Part shown: positions 17,831 to 27,841 of the stretch, in pieces | Position numbering within the stretch: position 1 is the first letter of the stretch | Layout of the letters: each line of letters begins with the position of its first letter | Assembly: GCA_964383935.1 (NCBI GenBank) | Contig: CAYLIE010000006.1 | Location: 35,377 to 99,376, forward strand | DNA: 64,000 nt | Reading direction: 5' to 3' | Source of the DNA: an uncultured Anaerolineales bacterium | Lineage (GTDB): Bacteria; Chloroflexota; Anaerolineae; UBA7937 | Position numbers and translations under genes: made by a program | The notes under the pieces: generated by a model | Seen by the model: the letters and a program-made list of their open reading frames with translations, nothing else | Told to the model about the DNA's origin: nothing | The model's database searches: none

Positions 17831-18325
17831 CTAACTAGCCTTCATCGTCTTCCAGAGGAGGCCACCCAAGGCACCCAGGATGACGGCGATAACTATGCCG
17901 ATCAGACAGCAGAGACTGCCACCCACCAACTGCCCGCCGAACCCTGTCGTCCAGCGGATGACGAGGGAGGGCTCAAGCCCCAGGTCCCGCAGCGCCCGCC
18001 ACGCCTCGGGAGGCATCTGGCTGAGAGCACTTGCCGCCGTTGTGGCCCCAAAGATGGCGGCCCTAACCAATCCAATGACGATATTCGCCACTCCGCCGAT
18101 AACCGCTGTCACCGCCCCGGCCACCGCTCCTGCGCCGGCTCCCTCACCCGCCGTTTGGATCTCCTCGCCCCCCAAACCCACCGCCCAGGCTCCGACCCCT
18201 ACCCATAGGATCAAAGTGCCAAAACAAGCGATGAGTCCACCCAAACAGGGGATCAAGCCGATCAAGGCCAGAACCACAGCGATGACTCCGCCTATGAGTC
18301 CCGCCTTCAAACCCGCTTGTACCAT
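17831..18325 (-). CDS. Small Gly/Ala-rich integral membrane protein, unknown function
   Basis: Four predicted TM helices; no motif. Confidence 0.4.
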   Translation of the reverse strand: MVQAGLKAGLIGGVIAVVLALIGLIPCLGGLIACFGTLILWVGVGAWAVGLGGEEIQTAGEGAGAGAVAGAVTAVIGGVANIVIGLVRAAIFGATTAASALSQMPPEAWRALRDLGLEPSLVIRWTTGFGGQLVGGSLCCLIGIVIAVILGALGGLLWKTMKAS

Positions 18326-18418
18326 GATGCATACCTCCCGAGGAAGATCTCTGCGCCAGGGGCCTCATCCCTGGGCAGGTTGATGCATTATATCAAGGAT
18401 GGCTCTAGTTGACAACCC

Positions 18419-19267
18419 TCAAAACGGTAGCCCTAGGAGCCTCGTTATCTGGGCTCGCGCAAAGCCAACGGTCCCTATCTCCAAGAGTGTGGTTCCCAAG
18501 CCCAAGGCTAGGGGCAAGAGAGCGTCCCTCCAGGTTCTGGCCTGTCCCTCCCGGCCGCTCACTACTAGAATCAAAAGGGTGTTCACCAGGGTGAAGATGA
18601 GTAGGACGCCTAAAGCGCTGGCCAGAGCCAAGGGGTAGAGAAAAGCATCGATCTGCGCCTGCACGATGAGAACGATGAAAAGGGTTCCCACTAAGAAGAG
18701 CGAAAGTTCCTTAAAGCCACTCAGCGCCTCGTTGGTCTCTGGTTCTCGCCAGAGGGTGAAGTTGAAAACGGGAAAGACCAAGATACTTAAAGAGAGGCCA
18801 TAAAGAGTCCCCGTGATAAGCCGCAGGCTGTTACGAGGCTCATAGAGATGAGGTGCGCCAGAGAAGAAGGAGAGGTAAGAGTTTAGGCCATCTACCCCTA
18901 TGAGTACCATGAACCCTACCAGAAGGATAAGAACTTTCACCGGAGGGAAGCGACTGGCCCTTCCCTTGGCCATGAGTCCCAAGAAGCCCCAAAAAGCCCC
19001 CAGAAAGGTCCCGGTGCAACGAGCACAGAGGGGCAACTGCCGGCCAGCCAAGTGAAAGGAGTGATCCGGCAGACGGCCGCAAACGGCGTAGGCTACCGCA
19101 TCGGCCTTGACCAGTATCGAGACCGGCCATAGAGGCGAGAGGAGCAGCGTGAATATCAAGGCTACAAGAGCGATGACTCCCCATCTCCAGAAGTGGCTAC
19201 CATAGAACACCCGCACCCCCTCTGCCATCCCCCTAACTTTGCCCCTGATCCAGTGACGCTGGCTCAA
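18419..19267 (-). CDS. DUF2085-like membrane protein
   Basis: CGRLPDHSFH...LPLCARCTG motif. Confidence 0.5.
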   Translation of the reverse strand: MSQRHWIRGKVRGMAEGVRVFYGSHFWRWGVIALVALIFTLLLSPLWPVSILVKADAVAYAVCGRLPDHSFHLAGRQLPLCARCTGTFLGAFWGFLGLMAKGRASRFPPVKVLILLVGFMVLIGVDGLNSYLSFFSGAPHLYEPRNSLRLITGTLYGLSLSILVFPVFNFTLWREPETNEALSGFKELSLFLVGTLFIVLIVQAQIDAFLYPLALASALGVLLIFTLVNTLLILVVSGREGQARTWRDALLPLALGLGTTLLEIGTVGFARAQITRLLGLPF

Positions 19268-19278
19268 GGAGAGAACCC

Positions 19279-19905
19279 CTATCGGTAAACCCCTCTATAT
19301 TTCTCGGGAAGGAGTTCTGCCAGGCGGCGCATGATGAAGTCGGAGTTAGCCCTCAGTTGCTCCTTTCGAGATCGTCCTGGGGGGCGCTCCGGCAATCTAA
19401 ACCCCGGGCCGATAATTACGCGGAGACGAGGCCGCCGGAACCGTTTCAACTTCTCAGGAGCATCTTCCGTTCCCGTGATACCAATGGGCAATATGGGAAC
19501 GCTCGCCCGCTGGGCCAGAAAGACCGGCCCCGTCTTTCCCCTTTCCAAGGCCCCGGTGACGCTTATCCTCCCTTCTGGAGCGATGACCAAGATATCTCCC
19601 CGCTCCAGAACCGCCAACGCCTTCTTGAGCGCCTCCCGGTCGTAATGGCCGCGATTCACCCAGATCGCCCCTCCCAACCTCAAAAGGAACCCTGTCACCG
19701 GTACCTCCCGAAGACCAGCCACCGCCAACCCCGTGATCCGCCAAGGTAAAGCGGCCATCAAAAGCGCCAGATCAAGGTGACCCAAGTGGTTGAAGACCAC
19801 CAAGAGAGGCCCTCTCGGGGGGAGGTTATCCCTTCCTTCTACCTCCCAGCGGGTCAAAATCTTGAGGAGCAGGATGAGAAAAGGCTTGGCTAACCGATAG
19901 AACAT
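19279..19905 (-). CDS. plsC: 1-acyl-sn-glycerol-3-phosphate acyltransferase
   Basis: NHLGHLD (HX4D) and APEGR motifs. Confidence 0.75.
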   Translation of the reverse strand: MFYRLAKPFLILLLKILTRWEVEGRDNLPPRGPLLVVFNHLGHLDLALLMAALPWRITGLAVAGLREVPVTGFLLRLGGAIWVNRGHYDREALKKALAVLERGDILVIAPEGRISVTGALERGKTGPVFLAQRASVPILPIGITGTEDAPEKLKRFRRPRLRVIIGPGFRLPERPPGRSRKEQLRANSDFIMRRLAELLPEKYRGVYR

Positions 19906-19913
19906 CGTGGGGT

Positions 19914-20939
19914 CTAGTAATGTATCACTACCAAGGTACCCGGGTTGCTAGCGCTGGAGTATATCACGTTATAGCCGGGAGGTAAAGTGGGGGTGGTCCA
20001 GTCGAAGAGCCACTGGGCATCGGAGACGGCTAGGTTCACACAGCCAAAACTCATAGGGGTGCCGAAGTTGTTATGCCAGTAGGTGCCATGGATAGCGTAG
20101 CCGCTATAAAAAAACATCACATAGGGAACATCAGGGAGATAGTAATAGCCAGAGTAGGACATATCCTTATAACGGTACTTACGCTGGATGCGATAGCGGC
20201 CGGTGACGGTGGGGCGCTCGGCTGTCCCTGTGGAGACGACGGCCGAGTATACGGCCCGGTCTCCCTCATAGGCCACCAGCTTCTGGGTGGTGAGGTTAAC
20301 GTCGACCCATCTCTCCCCTCCGCCACTCTCTGGAGAGGGCTCCTGGCCGCTCTCCTCCGATATTATCAGCCTCTGGCCCACGTAGATAAAGGAGGGGTTG
20401 GCTAAGTTGTTGGCCCTGGTCAGGGCCCAGACGGTAGTATTGTACCGTCTGGCTATACGGATGAGGATCTCCCCAGGCTGCACCAGATGGACACGAGACT
20501 CGCCTGATGGCTCCAGTGATGGCGGCGACGACGAGGGGTCTAGGCGCAGTCTCTGCCCTGCCCAGATGAAGTTGGGGTTGGAGAGCCCGTTGAGCCAGGC
20601 CAAAGTGTTAGCCGTGGTCCCGTGCCTCCGGGCTATGGAAAAGATGGTATCGCCCCGCCGCACAGTGTAGACCGTAGTCGGCGGAGAGCCCTGGGTAGGG
20701 ATAGTGAGCCTCTGGCCTGTATAGACCCAGTTGGGGTTGGCGATGCCGTTGGCGCTGGTTATCGCCTCTACGCTGGTGCCATACCTCCTAGCGATGGAAT
20801 ATATCGTCTCCCCTCGCTGAACGATATGTATGACCGGATCAACCCCCGGAGGCGCAGCCCAAACAGAGGTTACAGCAAAGGATAGAATAACAACCGAGGC
20901 AACGAAGGAACAGAATCTTGTATGCGACATCATATGCAC
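19914..20939 (-). CDS. Secreted 3xLysM + L,D-transpeptidase (YkuD) protein
   Basis: Three LysM repeats; C-terminal HGT...SFGCVNL catalytic motif. Confidence 0.8.
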   Translation of the reverse strand: MHMMSHTRFCSFVASVVILSFAVTSVWAAPPGVDPVIHIVQRGETIYSIARRYGTSVEAITSANGIANPNWVYTGQRLTIPTQGSPPTTVYTVRRGDTIFSIARRHGTTANTLAWLNGLSNPNFIWAGQRLRLDPSSSPPSLEPSGESRVHLVQPGEILIRIARRYNTTVWALTRANNLANPSFIYVGQRLIISEESGQEPSPESGGGERWVDVNLTTQKLVAYEGDRAVYSAVVSTGTAERPTVTGRYRIQRKYRYKDMSYSGYYYLPDVPYVMFFYSGYAIHGTYWHNNFGTPMSFGCVNLAVSDAQWLFDWTTPTLPPGYNVIYSSASNPGTLVVIHY

Positions 20940-20983
20940 ATAATGGTCGATTTCTAAACGCAGGTCAATAGGAAATTAGTCCC

Positions 20984-22381
20984 CTATTCCGGTATGGCCC
21001 TTGCCGTCCACTCTGTGGGATCCACACCTATCTCCCCGATCCGCGTCTCCCAATGGAGGTGAGCCCCCGTGGCTAGCCCGGTGGAGCCCACGTACCCTAT
21101 TAAGGCGCCTCTCTCCACCTCCTGCCCTGGAGCCACCGCTATCCCCGAGAGGTGGAAGTAGCCGGTATGGACCCCCAGGCCGTGATCGATGATCACCGTC
21201 TTCCCTCGCACGGTTAACTCTTCGGCCAAGGCGATACGGCCGGAGTTGGCGGCCACCACGGGAGCGCCTTCTGGAGCGGCGTAGTCCACACCCATGTGGT
21301 AACTAGCCACCGGGCCACCTTCATAAGAGCGGCGAGTGCCGAAGAGGGAGGAGACCTCCCCCTCGACGGGCACAAGAAACCGCCCTCGCCACAATTTGGA
21401 GGGGGTCACCTGAACGAAGAGAGCCTTCACCCGTGCCCATTCCGCTTGCACCAGTTCCGGATCTAGGAGCCCTTCCCGCTCAGCAGGTAGATCTATATAT
21501 TGAATGGGGAACTCAGCCGCCGTCACCAGCACAAAACCTGAGACCTCCACAGCCCGGCCCTCGTCATCGGTAGCCACTATAGACCAAGAGTGGGCTCCCG
21601 GCTCGCTCCAAGGGGGAAATCCGGCCAGAGCCCAGTACTCCCCTTCTGCCCCAGCAAAGACGAGGCTCCAGCCATCTATGCTCCCCGCCAGGCTCACCTC
21701 CTCCCCGGCCCGTACTTTGAGGAGAAGAGTATGTCCCTGAGTCACCCGGGATGGTACGAACTCTACCGCCGTAATAGGGGCAGGCAGCGTTGCCGACTGA
21801 GTGGGGATGATGAGTCGCTGACCGGGGTAGATGAGGGAGGGGTTAGCCATATCGTTGGCCACGGCCAGAGCCCAGACGGTGGTGCCATAGAGACGGGCGA
21901 TCTGAGAGAGATACTCACCGGGGCGCACAACGTGCACCTGGGCCTGGGTAGGCAACTCCGATGGCTGTTGGACGGCAGAGGGGATGATGAGTCGTTGACC
22001 GGGGTAGATGAGAGAGGGAGTAGAGATGTCGTTAGCCTGGGCTATGGCCGAAACTGTGGTCCCGAAGCGAACGGCTATGCCGCTGAGGGTGTCGCCTGGT
22101 TGCACAACGTAACTCTCTTCAGGAGCGACCGACCCCTGAGTGGGGATGGTGAGCCGCTGGCCCACATATATGAGGTTAGGGTTAGCGATGCCATTGGCCT
22201 GGACGATGACATCCACCGTCGTTCCGTAGCGAGCGGCGATGACCGAGAGGGTCTCTCCCCGCTCTACCACGTGGATGATCGTCTCCTCCGCACCAGGAGC
22301 AGCCTCCAGAGAGTGAGCGGAGAATAGAAAGAAGATGACGAGAAGGCAAAGAAACGCTCTCCGACCCCTAGTTAGCATCAT
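20984..22381 (-). CDS. Secreted 3xLysM + M23 (LytM) metallopeptidase
   Basis: HMGVDYAAP...HLHWE M23 motifs. Confidence 0.8.
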   Translation of the reverse strand: MMLTRGRRAFLCLLVIFFLFSAHSLEAAPGAEETIIHVVERGETLSVIAARYGTTVDVIVQANGIANPNLIYVGQRLTIPTQGSVAPEESYVVQPGDTLSGIAVRFGTTVSAIAQANDISTPSLIYPGQRLIIPSAVQQPSELPTQAQVHVVRPGEYLSQIARLYGTTVWALAVANDMANPSLIYPGQRLIIPTQSATLPAPITAVEFVPSRVTQGHTLLLKVRAGEEVSLAGSIDGWSLVFAGAEGEYWALAGFPPWSEPGAHSWSIVATDDEGRAVEVSGFVLVTAAEFPIQYIDLPAEREGLLDPELVQAEWARVKALFVQVTPSKLWRGRFLVPVEGEVSSLFGTRRSYEGGPVASYHMGVDYAAPEGAPVVAANSGRIALAEELTVRGKTVIIDHGLGVHTGYFHLSGIAVAPGQEVERGALIGYVGSTGLATGAHLHWETRIGEIGVDPTEWTARAIPE

Positions 22382-22488
22382 CTTGCCTGCCTGTCCTTGT
22401 AGAGATAGACTTTATTATACACGCTCTCTTTCGAAATTCAAGTTTCACCGGCGTTGACAAGCGTCAAATCCTGACATATCCTTCCTCT

Positions 22489-25311
22489 GTGATGTGGCGT
22501 GGAAAACTGATTGCAAAACAGGTTACTCTCTATATCGCTATGCTGCTCCTGGCTCTCACTCTCCACTCGGGCGAGACGATGGGTACCCCGGTCGCTGCTG
22601 AGCAGGGTGGGTTGGGCGAAATGAGGCTGACCACCGATGGCCTCTCCTACTTCGCTGCCTGGTCGCCAGATGGAAGAGAGATCCTCGTCACTCGGCCGGG
22701 GGAGGCGGTGGAGAGCGGAGAGGGATGGCAGACCATTTTCGACCTCTGGCTCCTCAGTGCCGACAGTGAAGCGGCCATAAAACTAACCGAGAACGCTGCC
22801 TATCCCCTCTTTTCGCTTGATGGGGAAGAGATCGCCTACCTCTCCTTTCAGGGGAATGGAAGAGGTCAGGTGTGGCTGCTAGATTTGGACAGCGGCCAGC
22901 AAAGGTCGATCGCCCCCGCCGACTGGGGCCTCCCCCTTGCCTGGCTGCCCGATGGCCGCCTGGCCTTCGCCCAGGGCGGACGGTTAGTTCTGGTCGACAG
23001 GCAAGGGAGGGAGGAATTGCAGGCCGTGACTCTGCCAGCCGGACGTCCTTTCCAACTATCCCCCACAGGCGAGAGGGTGGTCACCAGCGATGGCTCGACT
23101 CTGCAGGTGCAAGGGGCTGACGGAACCAACCCCAAAACCTTAGCCCATCAGGCCTTAGTTGGCCCCGTTGCCTGGTCCCCCGACGGCACCCAACTAGCCT
23201 ACATCGTTGTCGGGGACCAACTCCAGTCTCAACTTTGGGTCACCAATGCGGATGGTTCAGCCCGCCTTCCACTAGCAGAGAGCGAGAACGAGTACTTCGG
23301 AGCACCCAGCTGGTCTCCCGATGGGGAAATCATCGCTTTCTCCCGCTGCCCAAGAGGTAGTGGGACGACGCAGGCCTGCGACATCTGGTTGGCAGGCCCG
23401 GATGGCAAGAGCCTGCACACCCTGACTCCCGGCGAGAGGGAAGAGAGCGCACCCGCCTGGTCGCCCGATGGGCGATACCTGGCCTTCCAGCGGGATGGGG
23501 ACGTATGGGTTCTAGATGTGGAAAAGGCTCTGCTCAAAACCCAAAATTCGGAGGCTTCTCCTGAGCCTATCTCCAAGGGAACTCCCTTGGCTGCTCCTTC
23601 TATTGGCCTCCCAGCAAGTACGCATCTCTCGCCGCCCGACTACATCCGAGTGATTCACCACGCCTATTGTAATTGGAGTCGCAACGTCCCCGATGGTCAA
23701 ATCGACTATTTCGAACTTGATACTTATGTCAAGCATGTAGTTCCCTATGAGATGCCCCGCTCCTGGGAACCGGAGGCCTTAAAGGCCCAAGCGGTCGCGG
23801 CTCGCTCCTACGGCTGGTATTATGCCCTCAACCATCCAGTCTCCCTTCACTGGGATGTGGATGACTGCACTAACTATCAGTACATGGGCCCCAATACCTA
23901 TCCTGAGACGGACGCCGCAGTAGATGCCACCTGGGGGCAGTACCTCTGGCACAACGACTGGGATGACGGAGAGCCTCCTCTCGACTCACCTATCATCGCC
24001 ATGTACAGCGCAAATAATGGCCATCCCACCCGAACTCGAGATGACCTTCCCAATAAGTTTCCCTATCTCCAGGCCGTCAACGACCCCGTCTGCTTTGGCG
24101 ATTCTCGGTATGGCCACGGCTGGGGGCTCTCCCAATGGGGGGCACAGCGCTGGGCCTCCTGGCACGGCTGGAACTACCAGCAGATCCTGACTCACTACTA
24201 TACGGATGTCACCGTGGAAGCCCCAGGTGAGTCGGGAGACGATTCCAAACCCCCCGTGGCTAGCGTAGTCCTCCCCTGGTCGGATTTCTACCTCGCCACC
24301 AACCGGGCGCTTTTGGTAGCCAACGCCAGCGATGGAAACAGTGGTATGAAGCGGGTGGATTTTTGGGCCCGCTACGATGATGGGGTGAATATCGATTGGC
24401 ATCTCCTGGTCACAGACACTAACGGGAACGACGGTTGGAGTTATCTCTGGGACCTCTCCCCCCTCCCCAACCAGTCCCTTTCTGAGGCATCGATCCAGAT
24501 CGCCGCCATCGCCATTGACCAAGCGGACAACGTCATCCAATACGAATCCAGCCCGGCGGCTTTTGTGGGATTGGACCGAGTGACTCCCACAGGAACCGTA
24601 GGGGCCTATCAGGACCCCGGCGACCCCTCGACGGTTACCCTCTTCTCCTCCGCCTCCGATGAAGGGGGAAGCGGCCTGCAGGAGATGGCCATCAGCCACA
24701 ACTGGAGATGGGAAGGAGAGGATCTCCGCCACGAAGCGAATTCAGGGGTGAATATCTACGACCAGAACGCCCTCAACGGATACGCCTGGCAGGGTCAAGC
24801 AGGAGTGCACACCCCCGGCTACTGGTACGGCCCTTATACCTTGGACCTCTCGCCTGGCCAGGCCTATCGAGCCTACTTCCGGCTCAAGACCAGCAACGTG
24901 AACACCACCGAAGTGGCGGCTATCTTGGACGTAGTAGACCACACTACTGACTCCCAAGGCAGGTATGTGCTCCGCCAACTGGGACTCCTCCGCCTGCGGG
25001 GTATAGATTTCCGAGAGTCGAACGTCTATCAAGAGTTCGGCGTTGACCTCAACTACACAGATCAAGGAACCCTGGGGCTTGAGTTCCGCACCTACTTCAC
25101 CGGCGTCGCCGATCTGGCCTTGGACCGGGTTTTGGTGGTCTCCTACCCTGAGCCGTACCAAGATGCTATCACCACGCAACTCGCTGAAGGCGAGACGCTA
25201 GGAAGCCTACGGATAAAATTCATCGATGGAGCGGGCAACGTATCGACGGATTCCATACCTACCCTTCTCGCCCTGTCAAACAAATACTATTTTCCTTTCA
25301 TCCCCAAGTAA
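22489..25311 (+). CDS. Large secreted protein: TolB-like PD40 beta-propeller + SpoIID/LytB domain + C-terminal beta-sandwich domains
   Basis: Four WSPDG PD40 repeats; SpoIID-type block YVKHVVPYEMPRSWEPEALKAQAVAARSYGWYY. Confidence 0.6.
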   Translation: MMWRGKLIAKQVTLYIAMLLLALTLHSGETMGTPVAAEQGGLGEMRLTTDGLSYFAAWSPDGREILVTRPGEAVESGEGWQTIFDLWLLSADSEAAIKLTENAAYPLFSLDGEEIAYLSFQGNGRGQVWLLDLDSGQQRSIAPADWGLPLAWLPDGRLAFAQGGRLVLVDRQGREELQAVTLPAGRPFQLSPTGERVVTSDGSTLQVQGADGTNPKTLAHQALVGPVAWSPDGTQLAYIVVGDQLQSQLWVTNADGSARLPLAESENEYFGAPSWSPDGEIIAFSRCPRGSGTTQACDIWLAGPDGKSLHTLTPGEREESAPAWSPDGRYLAFQRDGDVWVLDVEKALLKTQNSEASPEPISKGTPLAAPSIGLPASTHLSPPDYIRVIHHAYCNWSRNVPDGQIDYFELDTYVKHVVPYEMPRSWEPEALKAQAVAARSYGWYYALNHPVSLHWDVDDCTNYQYMGPNTYPETDAAVDATWGQYLWHNDWDDGEPPLDSPIIAMYSANNGHPTRTRDDLPNKFPYLQAVNDPVCFGDSRYGHGWGLSQWGAQRWASWHGWNYQQILTHYYTDVTVEAPGESGDDSKPPVASVVLPWSDFYLATNRALLVANASDGNSGMKRVDFWARYDDGVNIDWHLLVTDTNGNDGWSYLWDLSPLPNQSLSEASIQIAAIAIDQADNVIQYESSPAAFVGLDRVTPTGTVGAYQDPGDPSTVTLFSSASDEGGSGLQEMAISHNWRWEGEDLRHEANSGVNIYDQNALNGYAWQGQAGVHTPGYWYGPYTLDLSPGQAYRAYFRLKTSNVNTTEVAAILDVVDHTTDSQGRYVLRQLGLLRLRGIDFRESNVYQEFGVDLNYTDQGTLGLEFRTYFTGVADLALDRVLVVSYPEPYQDAITTQLAEGETLGSLRIKFIDGAGNVSTDSIPTLLALSNKYYFPFIPK

Positions 25312-25323
25312 CGGTAAGGAGCC

Positions 25324-26169
25324 ATGGGCACCCTTTATCTAGTGGCCACGCCGATAGGCAATCTGGAGGATATAACCTTGAGGGCCCTCCGCACCCTTCG
25401 AGAGGTGGAGCTTATCGCTTGTGAGGATACCCGACGTACCGGAAGGCTCCTGGCCCGCTACGAGATCGAAACCCCCCTCCTCAGTTATTACGAGCACAAT
25501 AAACTCACCAAACTAGGCTATATCCTCGATATCCTGCAGACGGGAGATGTAGCCCTGGTCTCCGAAGCCGGCATGCCCGGCATCTCGGACCCCGGCTACG
25601 AACTGGTGCGGGCCGCTATCTCCGCCGAAATCGCTGTGGTCCCTATCCCTGGCCCCTCAGCCCCCATCGCTGCCCTAGCCGTCTCCGGATTCCCCACAGA
25701 CAGTTTCGTCTATTTAGGCTTCTTGCCTCGTCGGAGGAAAGGGCGCCGCCGCTTCCTCCAGGCCATAGCCAGGGAAAAGCGAACCCTCGTAGCCTTTGAA
25801 GCGCCCCATCGTCTATCGGCTAGCCTAGAGGACATAGAAGAGGTCTTAGGCGATAGAGAGATGGCCCTCACCCGGGAACTCACCAAATTACATGAGGAGG
25901 TTATCCGGGGGAGTGTCTCTCATCTGCGAGCCCATTTCAAAGAGGTGCGCCCACGGGGCGAGTTCACCCTAGTCATCGCCGGGGCGAAGGAGGGGGCCTG
26001 GGAGGAGGAAAAGGTCAGGAAGGCGTTGAGAGAACTGCGGGCTGAAGGGGTATCTGGCCGAGAGGCGACGAAAGAGGTAGCCGAACTGAGCGGCCATCCC
26101 CGAAGCGAGGTCTATCAGATCTGGCTCGACCTAACGAACAGAAGGAAAGGTTCCAGGAGGTTCCAATGA
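25324..26169 (+). CDS. rsmI: 16S rRNA (cytidine1402-2'-O)-methyltransferase
   Basis: LYLVATPIGNLEDIT...ACEDTR tetrapyrrole-methylase-fold motifs. Confidence 0.85.
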   Translation: MGTLYLVATPIGNLEDITLRALRTLREVELIACEDTRRTGRLLARYEIETPLLSYYEHNKLTKLGYILDILQTGDVALVSEAGMPGISDPGYELVRAAISAEIAVVPIPGPSAPIAALAVSGFPTDSFVYLGFLPRRRKGRRRFLQAIAREKRTLVAFEAPHRLSASLEDIEEVLGDREMALTRELTKLHEEVIRGSVSHLRAHFKEVRPRGEFTLVIAGAKEGAWEEEKVRKALRELRAEGVSGREATKEVAELSGHPRSEVYQIWLDLTNRRKGSRRFQ

Positions 26170-27215
26170 TCGATCTTGACGATGTCGGTGCCCTGAAAAG
26201 AAACGACCCCCAATCTATGGGAGAACGGATCGCCGAGTTGCCCTGGCAGTGCCGCCAGGCTTGGGAGGTTATCGAAGGTCAACGCTTCCCCGCCGACTAT
26301 GCTCAAGCGGACAGTGTGATCATCTTAGGCATGGGAGGCTCAGCCATAGGAGGGGATTTAGTTCGTACCCTGGTTAGAGATCTATGCCCAGTGCCCATCT
26401 TCGTCAATCGAGGGTACGAGATCCCCCGTTTCGTGGGCCAAGGCACGTTGGTCATAGCCTCCAGTTACTCGGGAAATACCGAGGAGACCCTTGCCGCTTT
26501 CCGAGAGGCCTCGCGCCGAGGGGCCAAACTCTTGGCCCTCACCACCGATGGCAAGTTAGCCCAGATGGCCGAAAACCTCCTCACCTTCTCGTATGTCGCC
26601 CAGCCCAGGGCCGCTCTCGGCTTTTCCCTAACCATGCTTCTGGGCATCTTAACCAAACTCGGCTTCGTCCCCGATCCCACGCCAGATCTGGAAGAGGCGA
26701 TAGAAGTGGTGGTGGGGTTGGGCAGCAAAGTGAGAGAAGAGGTCCCCACCTCCCAAAATCCGGCCAAGCGACTGGCCCTCTTACTCCAGGGCAAACTGCC
26801 CGTCATCTACGGAGCCCAGCATCTGGCACCGGTGGCTCGCCGCTGGAAGGGAGAGTTCAACGAAAACGGTAAATGCTTCGCCTTCTTCGAGGTACTCCCG
26901 GAACTCCATCACAATACCGTGGAAGCCTTCCCCTATCCTGCCGAGTTGGCGGAAAAGGGCGTGATTCTGCTTCTTATCTCCCGGCTCTACCACCCCAGAA
27001 ACATCCTCCGCTTCCAAGTGACCGAGGAGATGCTAGACCGATATGAGATATCTCATTGGTCCATGGAGGCCCAAGGCAGAAGCCCCCTCTCCCAGGTCCT
27101 CTCGACCATTCATTTCGGGGATTATGCGAGCCTATATCTCGCTGCCTTGCGAGGAGTGGACCCCTCCTCGGTGAGGACGATAGCCTATTTGAAGAAGCGG
27201 CTGGCCCAGGCCTAA
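26166..27215 (+). CDS. Bifunctional phosphoglucose/phosphomannose isomerase family (SIS domains)
   Basis: ILGMGGSAIGGDL SIS motif; size 349 aa; ATGA overlap with rsmI. Confidence 0.6.
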   Translation: MIDLDDVGALKRNDPQSMGERIAELPWQCRQAWEVIEGQRFPADYAQADSVIILGMGGSAIGGDLVRTLVRDLCPVPIFVNRGYEIPRFVGQGTLVIASSYSGNTEETLAAFREASRRGAKLLALTTDGKLAQMAENLLTFSYVAQPRAALGFSLTMLLGILTKLGFVPDPTPDLEEAIEVVVGLGSKVREEVPTSQNPAKRLALLLQGKLPVIYGAQHLAPVARRWKGEFNENGKCFAFFEVLPELHHNTVEAFPYPAELAEKGVILLLISRLYHPRNILRFQVTEEMLDRYEISHWSMEAQGRSPLSQVLSTIHFGDYASLYLAALRGVDPSSVRTIAYLKKRLAQA

Positions 27216-27299
27216 GAACCTTACTTGCGGCGTCAGCACCGGTAGGTCGGGGTTCCATACCCGACCTACGCTAGTGGTTTGGGTGGCATCAAAATGTAG

Positions 27300-27322
27300 C
27301 GTCGCCCTGAAGGGCGACGTTT
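27300..27322 (+). terminator. Terminator after pgi/pmi
   Basis: 8-bp stem cgtcgccc/gggcgacg, loop tgaa, then TTT. Preceded by a second 10-bp hairpin at 27242-27269. Confidence 0.5.
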
Positions 27323-27350
27323 CCCTTCAACCAGAACAAGTCGATGCTAC

Positions 27351-27479
27351 TTGACAGGCTGAAAGAAGAAAGGTAAACTTGTACCAGTAGATCCAGAGAG
27401 GACGGCTACGGGATTGTACCTGCCGATTAGAACTACAGGGCTGAACACCAAGGGCTGAGGTTGCCTTGGTGTTTCTTTT
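27351..27479 (+). ncRNA. Candidate short leader/small RNA: promoter TTGACA-N17-TAAACT (27351-27379) followed ~70 nt later by an intrinsic terminator (27446-27479) just before the next RBS
   Basis: 8-bp stem caccaagg/ccttggtg plus TTTCTTTT ends 5 nt before the AAGGAG RBS of the 27495 gene. Attenuator or riboswitch-like layout; no known class recognised. Confidence 0.3.
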
Positions 27480-27494
27480 AGAAAAGGAGTAACT

Positions 27495-27740
27495 ATGGAT
27501 TCGGGGATGATAGGGAAGATCCAAAAGTCGAAGCGGTACGCCGAGGAGCGGCACAGGATAAGGTTCGATGAATTCAAGGTCACCCTAGAGGGGAACCATG
27601 CCTCCCACCTGGTCTCCTTCCAAGGAGGGAAATGGACCTGCGATTGCGGCTTCTTCGCCCGTCGAGGGGTTTGCAGCCATACGATGGCCTTGGAACGGGT
27701 ATTGGGAGAGATGCTCCCTTTAGAGAAAAACACGGACTAA
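27495..27740 (+). CDS. Small SWIM-type zinc-finger protein (CxC...CxH)
   Basis: WTCDCGFFARRGVCSHTMA. Confidence 0.4.
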   Translation: MDSGMIGKIQKSKRYAEERHRIRFDEFKVTLEGNHASHLVSFQGGKWTCDCGFFARRGVCSHTMALERVLGEMLPLEKNTD

Positions 27741-27841
27741 AGGTAAGCCCCCAAAAGTAGAAACCTCGAGCGAGGACGACATGTCCTCGCTCTCTTTGTG
27801 GGCTTGGCTTTTCTTCGCCTTTTCGGGTAAGATTAGGTGCC

